DNA of 64,000 nt from Haliscomenobacter sp. (lineage in GTDB: Bacteria; Bacteroidota; Bacteroidia; Chitinophagales; Saprospiraceae): NCBI GenBank assembly GCA_016707205.1, contig JADJHZ010000007.1, forward strand, positions 188,151 through 252,150. Reading direction: 5' to 3'. The position numbers and the translations under genes are program-made. Numbering within the stretch: the first letter of the stretch is position 1; every line of letters starts with the position of its first letter. The notes under the pieces are model-generated. The model was given only the letters and a program-made list of their open reading frames with translations. It made no database searches and was not told the DNA's origin. Positions 54,301 to 61,625 of the stretch are shown here, piece after piece.

Positions 54301-55624
54301 CCCGGAACCGGTTGTTCTCGAAGGTGTTATTGGAGGCCTGGCCGGAGAGCAGCAAAACCCTGCCAAAGGTGTTATCGGAGGCTTCGATACTTAGGTTTTT
54401 AAGGGTTATCCATTGCGCGCCCTGCAGGTGGAGGGTGAAGTTGGATGCGTCGTTGCCGGAGGCGTAGGTCAGGATAACGCTGGCGGCATTGCCGCTTTCC
54501 GCCTGAAAAGTAATAGGGTTTTGGGCGCTGCTTCCCGAAACGGCGCCAAGGGTGACTTGTTCCTGATACGTGCCGTTCCGCACCTTAAAAGTGGCAGGTC
54601 CGCAAACGCCAAAGCTGGCGAGTGCCTGGGCTGCCAGAGCGAAGGAGCTGAAATTCGGGTTGGCGCCCCCAATGGTGTATTCTCCGGTCAAGCCAGGCCC
54701 AAGGGTCAACGTCAGGGTGTCGTTGGTAAGAAAGGGATCAGCTCCGCCATTGGGCAGGGAGGTCCAGATTTTGAACAGGTAGGTATTTCTTGCAACAAAC
54801 GCGAAACTGCCCAAAGTCACGCTGACCGTACTGCCTTGCTGGCCGGAGGGTGGTATGGAAGCCTCGTAATTCAAGGGCGTTTGCGCGATTCCGTTCACCG
54901 ACCAGTTGACGCGAACGCTGTTCAGGGCGTTAGACCCAAAATTGGCAATGGTCGCCTTGACCTGCTGCGCTCCCGCACAAAAGTTTTTGGGCTCGTCGAA
55001 CGACCACATCCCGGCGTCGTTGGACAGGGATGCAGCAAACTCCAGCTGAAGCTGGGGCTTTTCGTTTGTATTGGTAGTGGTGGACAGCCCACAGGTGTTT
55101 TCGCTATCCGACCGGATGTACCGAACGCCATTAACTGCCTGATAGTACCTCACCGTACCGGACGAAGAGTATCCTGGGACCCGGTCGAAGCATACGTCGA
55201 CCAGCAGGTTGTCCTGCCCGTTCCACAGAAAGGACTGGCTGAGGGCGAGCAGGTGGAACCCTCCGGCTGCGGGCGCATAGGTAGCGGCGTTAAAGACCGT
55301 GGTGAATGGACCTGGGTCGTGGATGGTAGCGTCGGCAGCAGTTGTGTGCTTCAGTTTTATCGCAAAATTCGGCAGGTTGTAGTTGGGAGCCGACTCGATG
55401 TAAAACCCCAGTTTCTGGATCCTGCCCGCTCTGGCGCCGGCAGCAGTCAGCTCTGCCGCGGTGTATACGATTTGGAGGTGAGAGCTGGCGTAATAGATAT
55501 TGATGGGAGATGCGCCGGTCGTGGAGGTGGTAGTGGTACCGCTACCCAATTGAATGGTCGATTGCGCTTGAACGAACCCACATACCAAGGCCACGAGCCC
55601 GGACACTAGCAACGCGCTTTTCAT
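42392..55624 (-). CDS. 4410-aa secreted mega-protein: about 8 tandem modules of CARDB-like plus right-handed parallel beta-helix repeats, then about 12 CARDB-like domains and a PPC-like C-terminal domain
   Basis: A single intact ORF with signal peptide MKSALLVSGLVALVCGFVQAQ. Modules of about 470 aa begin with DAG… and contain NN-rich beta-helix turns (NNxFxNG, YLYYxxNxxxxNN). The later repeats read …DLxVxxVxxPxxAxSGxxxxVxWxVxNxG…YYLxVxTDxxNxxxExxExNN (CARDB). Confidence 0.9.
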   Translation of the reverse strand: MKSALLVSGLVALVCGFVQAQSTIQLGSGTTTTSTTGASPINIYYASSHLQIVYTAAELTAAGARAGRIQKLGFYIESAPNYNLPNFAIKLKHTTAADATIHDPGPFTTVFNAATYAPAAGGFHLLALSQSFLWNGQDNLLVDVCFDRVPGYSSSGTVRYYQAVNGVRYIRSDSENTCGLSTTTNTNEKPQLQLEFAASLSNDAGMWSFDEPKNFCAGAQQVKATIANFGSNALNSVRVNWSVNGIAQTPLNYEASIPPSGQQGSTVSVTLGSFAFVARNTYLFKIWTSLPNGGADPFLTNDTLTLTLGPGLTGEYTIGGANPNFSSFALAAQALASFGVCGPATFKVRNGTYQEQVTLGAVSGSSAQNPITFQAESGNAASVILTYASGNDASNFTLHLQGAQWITLKNLSIEASDNTFGRVLLLSGQASNNTFENNRFRGPLITYYSGNRHVLVYAGDPVLKENNTWKNNLLENSAYGFYFEGGYNLPYKNFRLESNRLSNFQAGGIYANYIQGIIIHNNTLSTTSTNTGKEGIHLSSFTGAGQITANKVYGLNEGKGIYLYEVNAPDTFPFLVANNFIHLSGQSSAFGFYTSYGNRQLFLYNSVNLTNTNPGSAAFYLYYGSNKRLQNNILSNKGGGFALQINGSAGAVLSRYNDLYTKGAVLGSWNAPSATLSEWQAQTMLDSFSISLDPLFVADTNFHVVQIALNGAALPDALVTTDLEGDPRNAATPDIGADEFNPPSLDAGMISVAPGAFPFAPGSQEVWAVLKNFGVNPITSVSVHWTVNDTLQPPRNWTGTLNTKDTVRIKLGNASFSLGRPYSLKAWGNLPNGMADPVAVNDTASKGNLYAGLGGAFTIGGNNPHFQKISDAVTILNTGGIYAPVALNIRNGSYIDQFSLHEIPGAGPDAGVVFQSESGDSSAVTITFNNATYDKLYVAELDNAKWVTFRKLGFRSGGGYYTRIFSLKGNLQNLRMENLRLVGESTTSSGTDKAILFGDNLYAQEFTLKNNVFENGSYGIYLGGLYDRYSKKVSIESNAFINNYVSAAYLRYMEDCSLEKNKIQSPSAYYNTIALNLFYWKGPGKICSNQITRLRRGEGISLESFTGTAQNPIFVCNNFVHAEATEEIRGVDFRYNYFVHLLHNTVRVLNTHSASKALYAYSGRDNRMVNNILVNSGGGYAFEMGSAGIFSESDYNDLYATGGYLAFQTLKIANLADWQATSGFDGHSVSVDPRFTSDTAFAVTQIGLNKAGAPAGISTDIEGQPRDAQKPDIGADEFTPSPVDAGLEMLGTAAYPFPVGEQPLVPLIKNYGANPLQNLRIEWKVNGATQTSREWSGLLLSNDTLRITLGSVPFMLGQSYRILAWTTTPNGFSDPVPSNDTLSLDSLYAGLGGTYTIGGAAPNFPTFTAAVTQLTRGGIHAPVVFMIRNGTYTEKLNLKTIPGNGPEKTTVFQSESGDSSAVVLAFTTSDYNANYLVQLTGTSYVQFQKMTFRPGGTQYTRSIVLADGAHHNVFKNNVMEGPSNNSYADANALVYSYNSIGEANRFTSNRFQGGSFGFYIYGPYNSGNYIGGLVIDSNQFNNQYYRAIYLSSLSNLMVRANLFTASGNTPGYAGIYWSDGKGESRITGNQLTGLKDAIGIYLISIYATAEKPVTVGNNFIHTWGTQNYHGLGLGSCTQVEVAFNSVHNTTTHAESKAFYNYYGYENQVLNNLFIHSSAGYAYYNYYTSGILNSDYNDLYTAGANVGYWNGNISNLAAWRTSVKQDSHSISIKPRFISDSDLHLTDVALDKSAIPLARVQTDIDGEKRDAMKPDMGADEFYTSAYDASVAMISAPKPPFAATAQPVKVTLVNNGLDTLRAVEIRWLVNGIAQTPFTWTGSLKSGRTLDDLSIGVFPFRVDSSYSIAAYTHLPNGQPDEDPLNDTAKVSNLYAALGGIYTIGGTAPDFPTCSRAISALTRGGVVDAVTFKIRNGIYTEQITVPSILGSSAEKTVAFESEEEDSTRVTLQFTATSQGNYVLQWNGSHWVRFRNMTLEAKDATYGRVLDIRGAAGNNRLEHCTLKTKTTGSTDDRVAIVYSGAEADSNNVFTGNTLINGSYSFLLQGQNDANPDYGAQLTQNVLVDPYYTGIFLSYQEAPEASGNTLRTASSYSSFRGLYMRYGKGSFRILGNNFTGIKAGNGILIENSQGLQGAEGLIANNFIQVGAGSNYSRCLYLYYCSLIKTYFNSVHQTSTRSDAIAFGSYQGSSIRLLNNLFANSGGGLAMDWQTGGINVSNFNNLFTSGAQLVKTEAKTYENLEGWRSEAGYDLNSFSILPPFASPGDLHMVSSALNGAATPVPEVKTDIDGQTRDPQRPDIGADEFFPIVKNDAGVAEILSPNRQTPFGAGEREVRLAVKNHGADTLNTLTIQWQIDNIRQPAVPWSGILTSGQTDTLTAGLFNFKAGIGHEILAYTESPNGKPDLQPSNDSATVTGLFPALEGTYTIGGASPDFTSFAEAVMSLNEGGVLGAVTFEVRPGIYNEQVVLNRIRGAGQEKPVVFRPESSASVTWRFDQQKQASNYVLLLDGTQFAVFREIQFRTSSSVYATLIDLRRSASNLQFLGNSFRSESAAASPLINASSSSPGGFNTWAGNRFENGGYGLYLAPGAAEPGQVIEDNEFANPQNGGIYLRYQQAPIIRGNKIASQSAGNFYGIFAQNGNGGMRIEKNQINAAAGSGIWLYDCRGSSSDRLLVANNFVHVAGTQPANGLYSNYNAYVDIYFNSVHLTNSNPNSQSVQIAASDHVNLVNNSFSNTGGGFAIYAPNPYGIDNMNFNNYFVSGNKLGFWNYNTASSLSAWKSLTGKDNQSISADPLFVSNTDLHCFQPALDSAASPLATVKDDIDGEARNAGYPDIGADEFSYILDDAGVTALLSPVSSCAAGAALPVKIRIQNYSGLALSNFNVAYRINKGPATVQNVGNLNIRPGASAEFTFTATANLSAPGNYFFDVYTLLPEDTHPGNDTLSVEVQNLVFPAAAGNMLPANSASGMNLPIAFSWSPSTGATEYDFYLWKYGTSRPAQPTASGLEDISFLYRSPALELGSVYQWQVSAKNPYCATDGPVQSFTLIDLPDLSVRKVQIPALAFSGQPADLTWEVYNTGKGGTGSATWFDAIYLSADPFYTSEIDPLLASVPNLSALGSGQGYAHSATVKLPEGISGEYYLFVRTDAYTRIPESDETNNFGLSLAPVNISLTPPPDLQVTGVVVPNNAFSGASIAISWKITNKGTGNTRSAGWTDYVYFSNSAVLDPSNAAILGKTTFSKALQPDSSYTQMLTAPLPEGISGVHYVHVLTDFFKQEYEHAAENNNAGVSTAINVILTPPSDLIVSSLEIPASVTNGASFTVKWTVENQGGSDAKAAWKDVIYLSPNPVRLVLSEAIVLGAQVRYQPLTPGASYPVTLTVNAPERLAGPYYLYVHTDADNQVYEYNLDGNNTRRATASISLLAADLTVSMVQYPSQGNSGDTLTVSWTLKNTGEGKLPAGYLTQTVWLSSQSAFNPGAAAQIGRDSQQVELDAGASLNKQFHLRLPNGIQGAYYLFVWADPNGQIYENGRLSNNRASGAGPITVRLSPWVDLDVLTASYPSNATAGQLIGLSYEVKNIGSRAASNENWRDRIYLSTSALWNPASAQLIREFIQDKPLGKDSAYSVVSQVSLPATLKTGSYYLHILTDAANQLYEYNGEGNNHLAGPLIEIKAQPPVDLAMVQVSAPSQANSGSSITVQWQVRNQAGTETISPLWVDAVYLSSDTVYHPDTDLLLDTLLKYGPLGAGQTYTSARSFLLPPSLSGTYYLLAVADYSGLNNDSNRSNNHRALRNASGNIQPIQITLAPPTDLHITALNASSPGIAGQTVRVFWTVRNKGLGNTPVAAWSDRFFLSNDFDLDASDIILGAKAHSGKLNAGNAYSDTIDLFLPVYLSGNFILLAATDVNNAVYEHLGETNNLASSAISIAQPPPSDLQVLNVRMPDSALAGASVTVRWILQNSGLNPASGQMREAVYLSSDPGWDVGDALLGTRNAQINLGPGSMLEHELTAPLTKVAAGDFYILVRTDILNNILESDESNNLAASENRIHANVKILPIGETVQTTLPNSTDLYYRIEVPSTLQGETMLLTLSGDTLNGANEMYLRFGDLPSLVLFDFAHGEAVSGRQEIIVPELATGTYYLLVRGNTRNGSQQNIRLLAEILVFQIRKVQAAKGGNGGQITLRIDGSKFEPGMTFRLEGSNSNSITANAVWYVDRTRVFATFDLRGHTPGLYPLSARKTGGAMTTLNNAFQIESGGSPLLLTNFTAPANTRPRQVVALQIDFSNGGNLDLLNPSVILSSLGGAPIAWTIQGLDEQKTELELLFAEKSGPPGILRPGSSGSVIVYARADAALFFTLINAEVK

Positions 55625-55997
55625 GACAAACGGGCATTAAATGGAAAAATAAAGGAGCGACAAGAAGCGAGGGGAAACTTTAGAGAATCTTGGGAATTAT
55701 CCAATACGGGCTTGGGAAGAGCCTTTAAACAAGGGGGAGAATGTTTTTGTAAACGGATAGAATTTTACAAAAAAAACCGGAAAAAGTCAATTTTTTTCTT
55801 TGACATAGGAACGAAACGGGGGCGCCCCTTAGGCTATTCAAACCACCACAGCGGCGCCGCTTGCAGAACGGGGGGAGCCTGGAAGTCGGGGAAATCCACC
55901 TCGAAAATGCAACACCATGTCCCCTCCGCCAGAGGCCATGAACTGGGTTATGTTTTACGGGGAGGTCGAGTCGGGTTCCGGCGGGGGGAGGTAACGG

Positions 55998-56070
55998 GTA
56001 GCGGAGTAGCTTTTCTGCTACACCTCGTCACTTCGCTACTCGTCAGCAACTTCTCCGCTACCTCATCACC
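55998..56070. repeat. CGAAGT/GCTACCTC-family microsatellite-like low-complexity block overlapping the 3' end of the beta-mannosidase gene
   Basis: gtagcggagtagcttttctgctacacctcgtcacttcgctactcgtcagcaacttctccgctacctcatcacc. Confidence 0.45.
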
Positions 56071-58670
56071 ACCACCTTCAGCGATTCGGCAGTGAGGGTA
56101 GCCGGTTGTTTGGGGGTAAAGCCGACCTCGACGGTTTCGCCGGGCAGGAGGTCGAAGTAGTTATCGGAAAAGAACCCTTCGGCTTCGGGGAAGTCGAGGT
56201 AGACGTTTTTGGCCAGGCGGTCCGCTTTGAGGCGGATGAGCACGTCCGGTCCGGAAGGGTTGGGGATCACTTCCATTTGCAGCCCGGGGTCTTCGGGCAG
56301 ATGGAGGTCTTTGACCGGGTGGAAATAAACCAAGTTGGGTGCACGACTTTCCTTGCTTCAGGGTCATTTCCATTACCTGATTGCGTCCGGATTGTCCGCG
56401 GTGTAGTTCGCCCGAGGGGATAGCGGCTGCGAGAAAAGCGGTATTGGGCGCCGCCAGGATTTGAAACTGGCGGTTCCAGACCGGGTTTCCGTCAAAATCC
56501 AGGATACGCAGATCGAGGGTGGCTTCCAGGGAATCCATGCGGTCGGACACCACGCGGATCTGGACTTCGTTATCTACTTCCCGGGCCGATACCGCCACGG
56601 GAGCAAACGCTTTTTTCACAAAGTAGTGCATGGCTTTCCACCGTTGGTAGTAATCCATGCCCGACCAGGAAGCTACCGGCCAGCAATCGTTGATCTGCCA
56701 GTACAAGGTGCCCATGTTGTGGGGTTTGGCGCTGCGGTGGGCTTCGATGGCCATTTTGATCCCTTCCGCCTGAAGCACCTGCCCCACATAGAGCATGCGC
56801 TCAAACTCGGAAGGCACCTGATAGTGGGCTTTCATGTAGCTTCGGATGCGCAAATTGCCGATCCCGCTGCGCTGATGAGCGGCCATGACTTCCGACTCGA
56901 TGTCCCAGTCTTTCGGCAGCGTATAGGCTTTCACGGTGCGGAACTCCGGGAACGACTGGAACCCGTATTCGCTCATGAAGCGGCCGATGTATTTGTAAAA
57001 GTCGTCGAAAGGATGTTCGCCGTGCCAGACGCCCCAGTAATGGATATCCCCGCCCTGGGTATCGTACCCTGCGAGTTTGCCATGCTCCAGAAAAGGAGAG
57101 GACGGCCAGTAAAACAGGCCCGGGTGGTAGGCGTTGACCACTGCGGGAAGCATTTGGTGAAACACGTTTTCGTAAGCCTCCCAGATGTATTTGCGCTGTT
57201 GTTTCGTGTATTGCTGTTTCCAGCCCCAGCCTTTGAACTCGTCGAAATTGGCCCAGGCTACATCGATCTCGTTGTTGCCGCACCAAAGCGCAATACAGGG
57301 GTGGTTGCGCAGGCGTTTGACGTTGTAGACGGCTTCCGCCTCCACATTCTGAAGGAACTCGGATCGCCGGGGTACATGGAGCAGGCGAACATGAAATCCT
57401 GCCAGATCAGGATGCCGTTCTCGTCGCACAGCTCGTAAAAATAATCCTCTTCGTAGAAGCCGCCGCCCCACACGCGGAGCATATTCATATTGGCGTCGGC
57501 GGCTGATTTGATGACCCACTGGTATTGTTCCCGGGTAACTCTGGGCAAAAACACGTCGTTTGGGATGTAATTGGCGCCTTTGCTGAACAGGGCATGGCCG
57601 TTGAGTTCGACATAGAACGAACTACCTTTTTCATCCGGGGTTTGTACCACGCGGATGGTGCGAAGCCCCACGTTGTGGCTCTTTTCATCCAGGGTGGCGC
57701 CGTTTTGAATCAGTTTCACCTGCAACGGATACCGATGCTGTTCGCCCAGCTCTTTGGTCCACCAAAGCTTGGGTTGGTTGATCTCAAAAGGCAGCTCCAG
57801 GGTGTGGTTACCCAGGGCGAGGTTCATCGTTTGCTGGCGCAGGAGGGTATCCCCGTTCCATACTTCCAGGGTATAGGCGCCTTCTTTCAGCGCGCGGGTT
57901 TCGCAAAGGGCGGTAAGGCGGGCTTGATTTGCATCCAGGGAATCCTGGCGGAAAAAGACGTCTTCCAGGCGGGCGGCGTTCCATAGTTTCAGGTTAACAG
58001 GCCTCCAGATGCCGATGCTGACCAGGCGCGGGCCCCAGTCCCAGCCGAAATGATAGCCCGGTTTGCGGAGAAAAACGCTCACGCGCTTATCCCCCAACCC
58101 ACCATTTTCCGATTGGTCGTTGGACGCCGGGAGTGGAAACCCGTGTTCGGCCAGCTTTTTCAACCCCACCTGAGCAGGAGAATAGAAGTAGACCCTCAAT
58201 TGGTTTTCGCCGGCGCGCAAAAGGGAACGCACATCCGCTTCCCAAGCGAGGAAAAAATTGTCGGCCTGCAGAATAAGCGAGTCGTTGAGGTATACATCGG
58301 CGTAGGTGTCCAGGCCCAGGAATTCGAGCTGGGCGGCGTCGTATTCCAGCATGGAGGGGTCTACGGCAAAGGACATGCGGTATTCCCAATCCGTTTTGTC
58401 CACCCACTGCACTTCCCGCTCGTTGGTGCGGTAATACGGGTCTTCAATTTTGCCGTTGGCCATCAGGTCGGTATGCACCGTGCCTGGAACGGTAGCCGGC
58501 ATCCAGTATTCCTGGCCGTTCTGGTGAAAGGCCCAGTTTTCATTCAATGGAATGATCCGCATCTCGGATGTTTTTTGAGCGAAAGAGGTAATGGAGGTCA
58601 ATAAAAAGGCAAATGCCGCAACAAAAGTAGCCTTGCTCAACTTTTCAGCCATTTTTTCCGTATTTTTCAT
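56058..58670 (-). pseudogene. Glycoside hydrolase family 2 beta-mannosidase, split into three ORFs by two 1-nt homopolymer frameshifts at ~57372 and ~56350
   Basis: Fragment 57258–58739 has a signal peptide and the N-terminal beta-sandwich, and goes out of frame at …FMFACSMYPGDP|. Fragment 56161–57519 resumes EFLQNVEAEAVYNVKRLRNHPCIALWCGNNE… and fails at …TLKQGK|. Fragment 56058–56333 is the C-terminal domain. Restoring a C at ~57372 and a T in the ctttcc run at ~56350 joins them. Confidence 0.8.
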
Positions 58671-58733
58671 GAACAAAGAAAGAAAAAGAATGGCAATTCC
58701 TTCATGCCCCAACAGAGTTTCCTTGCCTAAACC

Positions 58734-58781
58734 CCGCAACCTCGCAACTTCGCAACTTCGTAACTTCGCAACTTCGTAACC
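58734..58781. repeat. 8-bp tandem microsatellite (aacttcgc/aacttcgt ×5) immediately upstream of mnmE
   Basis: ccgcaacctcgcaacttcgcaacttcgtaacttcgcaacttcgtaacc. Confidence 0.7.
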
Positions 58782-60237
58782 TTGAATCTATCCGACACCA
58801 TCATCGCCCTTGCCACCCCGCCCGGGGTGGGCGCCATCGGAGTCATCCGCCTGTCGGGGGAAGACGCTATTGTCTTGGCGGACCGCTTTTTCACGGAAAA
58901 CCGTTGAACGAGCAGCCGAGCCATACGATTCATTTTGGGACGATCCGGGATGAAACCGGCCGGATAGTAGACGAGGTGCTGGTATCGCTGTTCATTGCCC
59001 CGCGTTCGTACACCGGCGAGAACGTGGTAGAAATCTCCTGCCACGGCTCCAACTACATCCTGGAAGAAGTGATCCGCTTATTCATTCGGGCAGGGGTTCG
59101 GCAGGCGCAGCCGGGGGAGTTTACCCTGCGGGCCTTCCTCAACGGGCGCATGGATCTCAGTCAGGCGGAAGCGGTGGCCGACCTCATCGCCTCGGCTTCT
59201 TCCGAAGCGCATAAACTGGCGATCGCCCAACTGCGCGGCGGGGTCTCCGACGAGATCAAACGCCTGCGCCAGGAACTGCTCGACTTCGCCAGCCTCATCG
59301 AACTCGAACTCGATTTTAGCGAAGAAGACGTGGAGTTTGCCGACCGCACCCAGCTTCATCACCTGATCGACCGCATCCAGACCCTCATCAAAGCCCTGCT
59401 CGACTCGTTTCAGCTCGGCAACGCGATCCGGCAAGGGGTCAGCACCGTCATCGCCGGGCGGCCCAACGCCGGCAAATCCACCCTTCTCAATGCCCTGCTC
59501 AACGAGGAGCGCGCCATCGTGAGCGAGATCGCCGGCACCACCCGCGACACCATCGAGGAACTCCTCAATATCCAGGGCATTCAGTTCCGCATCATCGACA
59601 CGGCAGGGATTCGCGAAGCCCACGATACCATCGAGGCCCTCGGCGTCGAACGCACCCTGGAAAAAGTGCGCCAAAGCGCGGTGCTGGTCTACGTATTCGA
59701 CGTCGTGAAGACCAGCCCCGAGCAGGTGCGGCACGACCTCGCCCAACTCATTCACTCCGACCTGAAAGTGCTGGTCGTGGCGAATAAGATGGATTTGAAT
59801 CCGTATACCCAGTTTGAGCATTATTTTGAGGGAGCAGGGATTAGGGAGCAGGGATTAGGGGAGGGGATTAGGGGAGCAGGGAGCACAATCTTCCCCTCTT
59901 GACCCTTTGAACGTTTCCGCTACTCAATGGGTCCCCATTTCGGCCATCAACCGGATGAACATCGAATACCTGAAAGAAAAGCTATTTGAGACCGTCATTC
60001 AGGAGGAGCTCTCCATGGATACGGCCATCTTAAGCAATACCCGTCACTACGAAGCCCTCCAGAAGGCAGGAGAAAGCCTCCAGGCCGTGAAACAAAACCT
60101 CCAGGCCGGCGTTACGACCGACTTCATCGCCATGGACATCCGGCGCGCCCTCCACTACCTGGGCGAGATCACCGGCGAGATTAGCACGGACGACCTGTTG
60201 GGGAATATTTTTTCGAGGTTTTGTATTGGAAAGTAAG
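58782..60237 (+). pseudogene. mnmE: tRNA uridine-5-carboxymethylaminomethyl modification GTPase MnmE, with two apparent 1-nt frameshifts (~58893 and within 59858–59900) and a TTG start
   Basis: The N-terminus (M)[37 protein letters not shown] hits a stop. The +1 frame continues …[16 protein letters not shown]…GRPNAGKSTLLNAL…TTRD…DTAGIRE…VVANKMDL. The third frame ends …DDLLGNIFSRFCIGK, which is the conserved MnmE C-terminus. Confidence 0.85.
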
Positions 60238-60249
60238 CATAGATTCTCC

Positions 60250-61545
60250 CCACGATACCTGCTACCTCATCGCCCCGACAATCCAAAAACCTCCTTCGCC
60301 CAAACCTGTTTCGCCGCAAACCCGCCGTGGCGGACGAGCGCCCACCAGCAGATCACAGGGTTAATGCCTTTTGATCTTTTTGTCTGAACTATGATTTATT
60401 TGATTTGGGGATTCCCTTGATTTTTTTGTTTGTAAGATTTATTAGCCAGGCGTTTGAATGGAAGGGATTTAGCACTGGAGTTGATCAGGAAGTGAGCGCG
60501 GATTATTTGTATGCTTTCTCAATCATAGTCCATCTATACATCAAAAAAATCACAGTTCAGACATTCCCCTGCTACCTCATCGCCCCCAAAAAAGCCCAAA
60601 AACCTCCTTCGCCCAAACCTGTTTCGCCGTGCAAACCCGCGGTAGCGGACGAGCGTCCAAAAGCAGATCACAGGTTAGCGCCTTTTGGTCTGTTTGTCTG
60701 AACTATGATTTATTTGATTTGGGGATTCCCCGATTTTTGTTTGAAGGATTTATTGGTCAGGCGTTTGAATGGGAGGGATTTAGCACTGGAGTTGATCAGG
60801 AAGTGAGCGCGGATTATTTGTATGCTTCCTCAATCATAGTCCATCAATACATCAAAAAAATCACCGTTCAGACAATTTGCCCTGCTACCTCATCGCACCC
60901 CGACAATCCAAAAACCTCCTTCGCCCAAACCTATTTCGCCGTCCAAACCCGCCGTAGCGGACGAGCGTCCAAAAGCAGATCACAGGTTAGCGCCTTTTGG
61001 TCTTTTTGTCTGAACTATGATTTATTTGATTTGGGGATTCCCTTGATTTTTTTGTTTGAAGGATTTATTGGTCAGGCGTTTGAATGGGAGGGATTTAGCG
61101 CCGAAGTTGATCAGGAAGTGAGCGCAGAGTATTTGTATGCTTCCTCAATCATAGTCCATCCATACATCAAAAAAATCACCGTTCAGACAATTTGCCCTGC
61201 TACCTCATCGCACCCCGACAATCCAAAAACCTCCTTTGCCCAAACCTATTTCGCCGTCCAAACCCGCCGTGGCGGACGAGCGCCCACCAGCAGATTCGCA
61301 GGGTTAATGCCTTTTGGTCTTTTTGTCTGAACTATGATTTATTTGATTTGGGGATTCCCTTGATTTTTTGTTTGAAGCATTTATTGGTCAGGCGTTTGAA
61401 TTGGAGGGATTTAGCACTGGAGTTGATCAGGAAGTGAGCGCGGATTATTTGTATGCTTTCTCAATCATAGTCCATCTATACATCAAAAAAATCACAGTTC
61501 AGACACATTCCCCCGTTGCGCCTGACTGCATTGCGAGTGGAGGGC
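60250..61545. repeat. Tandem array of four ~313-bp repeats (periods 314, 312 and 317) with internal inverted repeats
   Basis: Copies of tgtctgaactatgatttatttgatttgggg lie at 60381, 60695, 61007 and 61324. Each unit begins ccctgctacctcatcgc…. Each unit carries TGTCTGAACTATGATT … AATCATAGTCCAT…GTTCAGACA inverted repeats. Units differ by small indels and substitutions. Confidence 0.85.
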
Positions 61546-61625
61546 AGTGAAAAAAAGACCGCCTCCGCTACCGCTCCGGCAGAAAGGTAAAAGGTAAAAG
61601 GGTAAAGGGTAAAAGAACTCAAGGG

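Noticed and set aside
56058-60237. Interpreting the split beta-mannosidase and mnmE as genuine pseudogenes (gene decay)
   Set aside because: All breaks are single-base homopolymer indels and restore full-length conserved proteins. They are clustered in one region next to a repeat array, and mnmE is a conserved housekeeping gene. Sequencing or assembly error is the more parsimonious reading.
60250-61545. Possible CRISPR array
   Set aside because: The period is ~313 bp with near-identical whole units. There are no short 25–40-bp direct repeats separating unique spacers, and no cas genes in the window.
60405-61550. Plus-strand ORFs (98, 233, 81 and 60 aa) running through the 313-bp tandem repeats, giving a 104-aa repeating peptide
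   Set aside because: The open frame persists only because two of the unit lengths are multiples of 3. The peptide has non-protein-like composition and no recognisable domain. The units are better explained as non-coding repeats.
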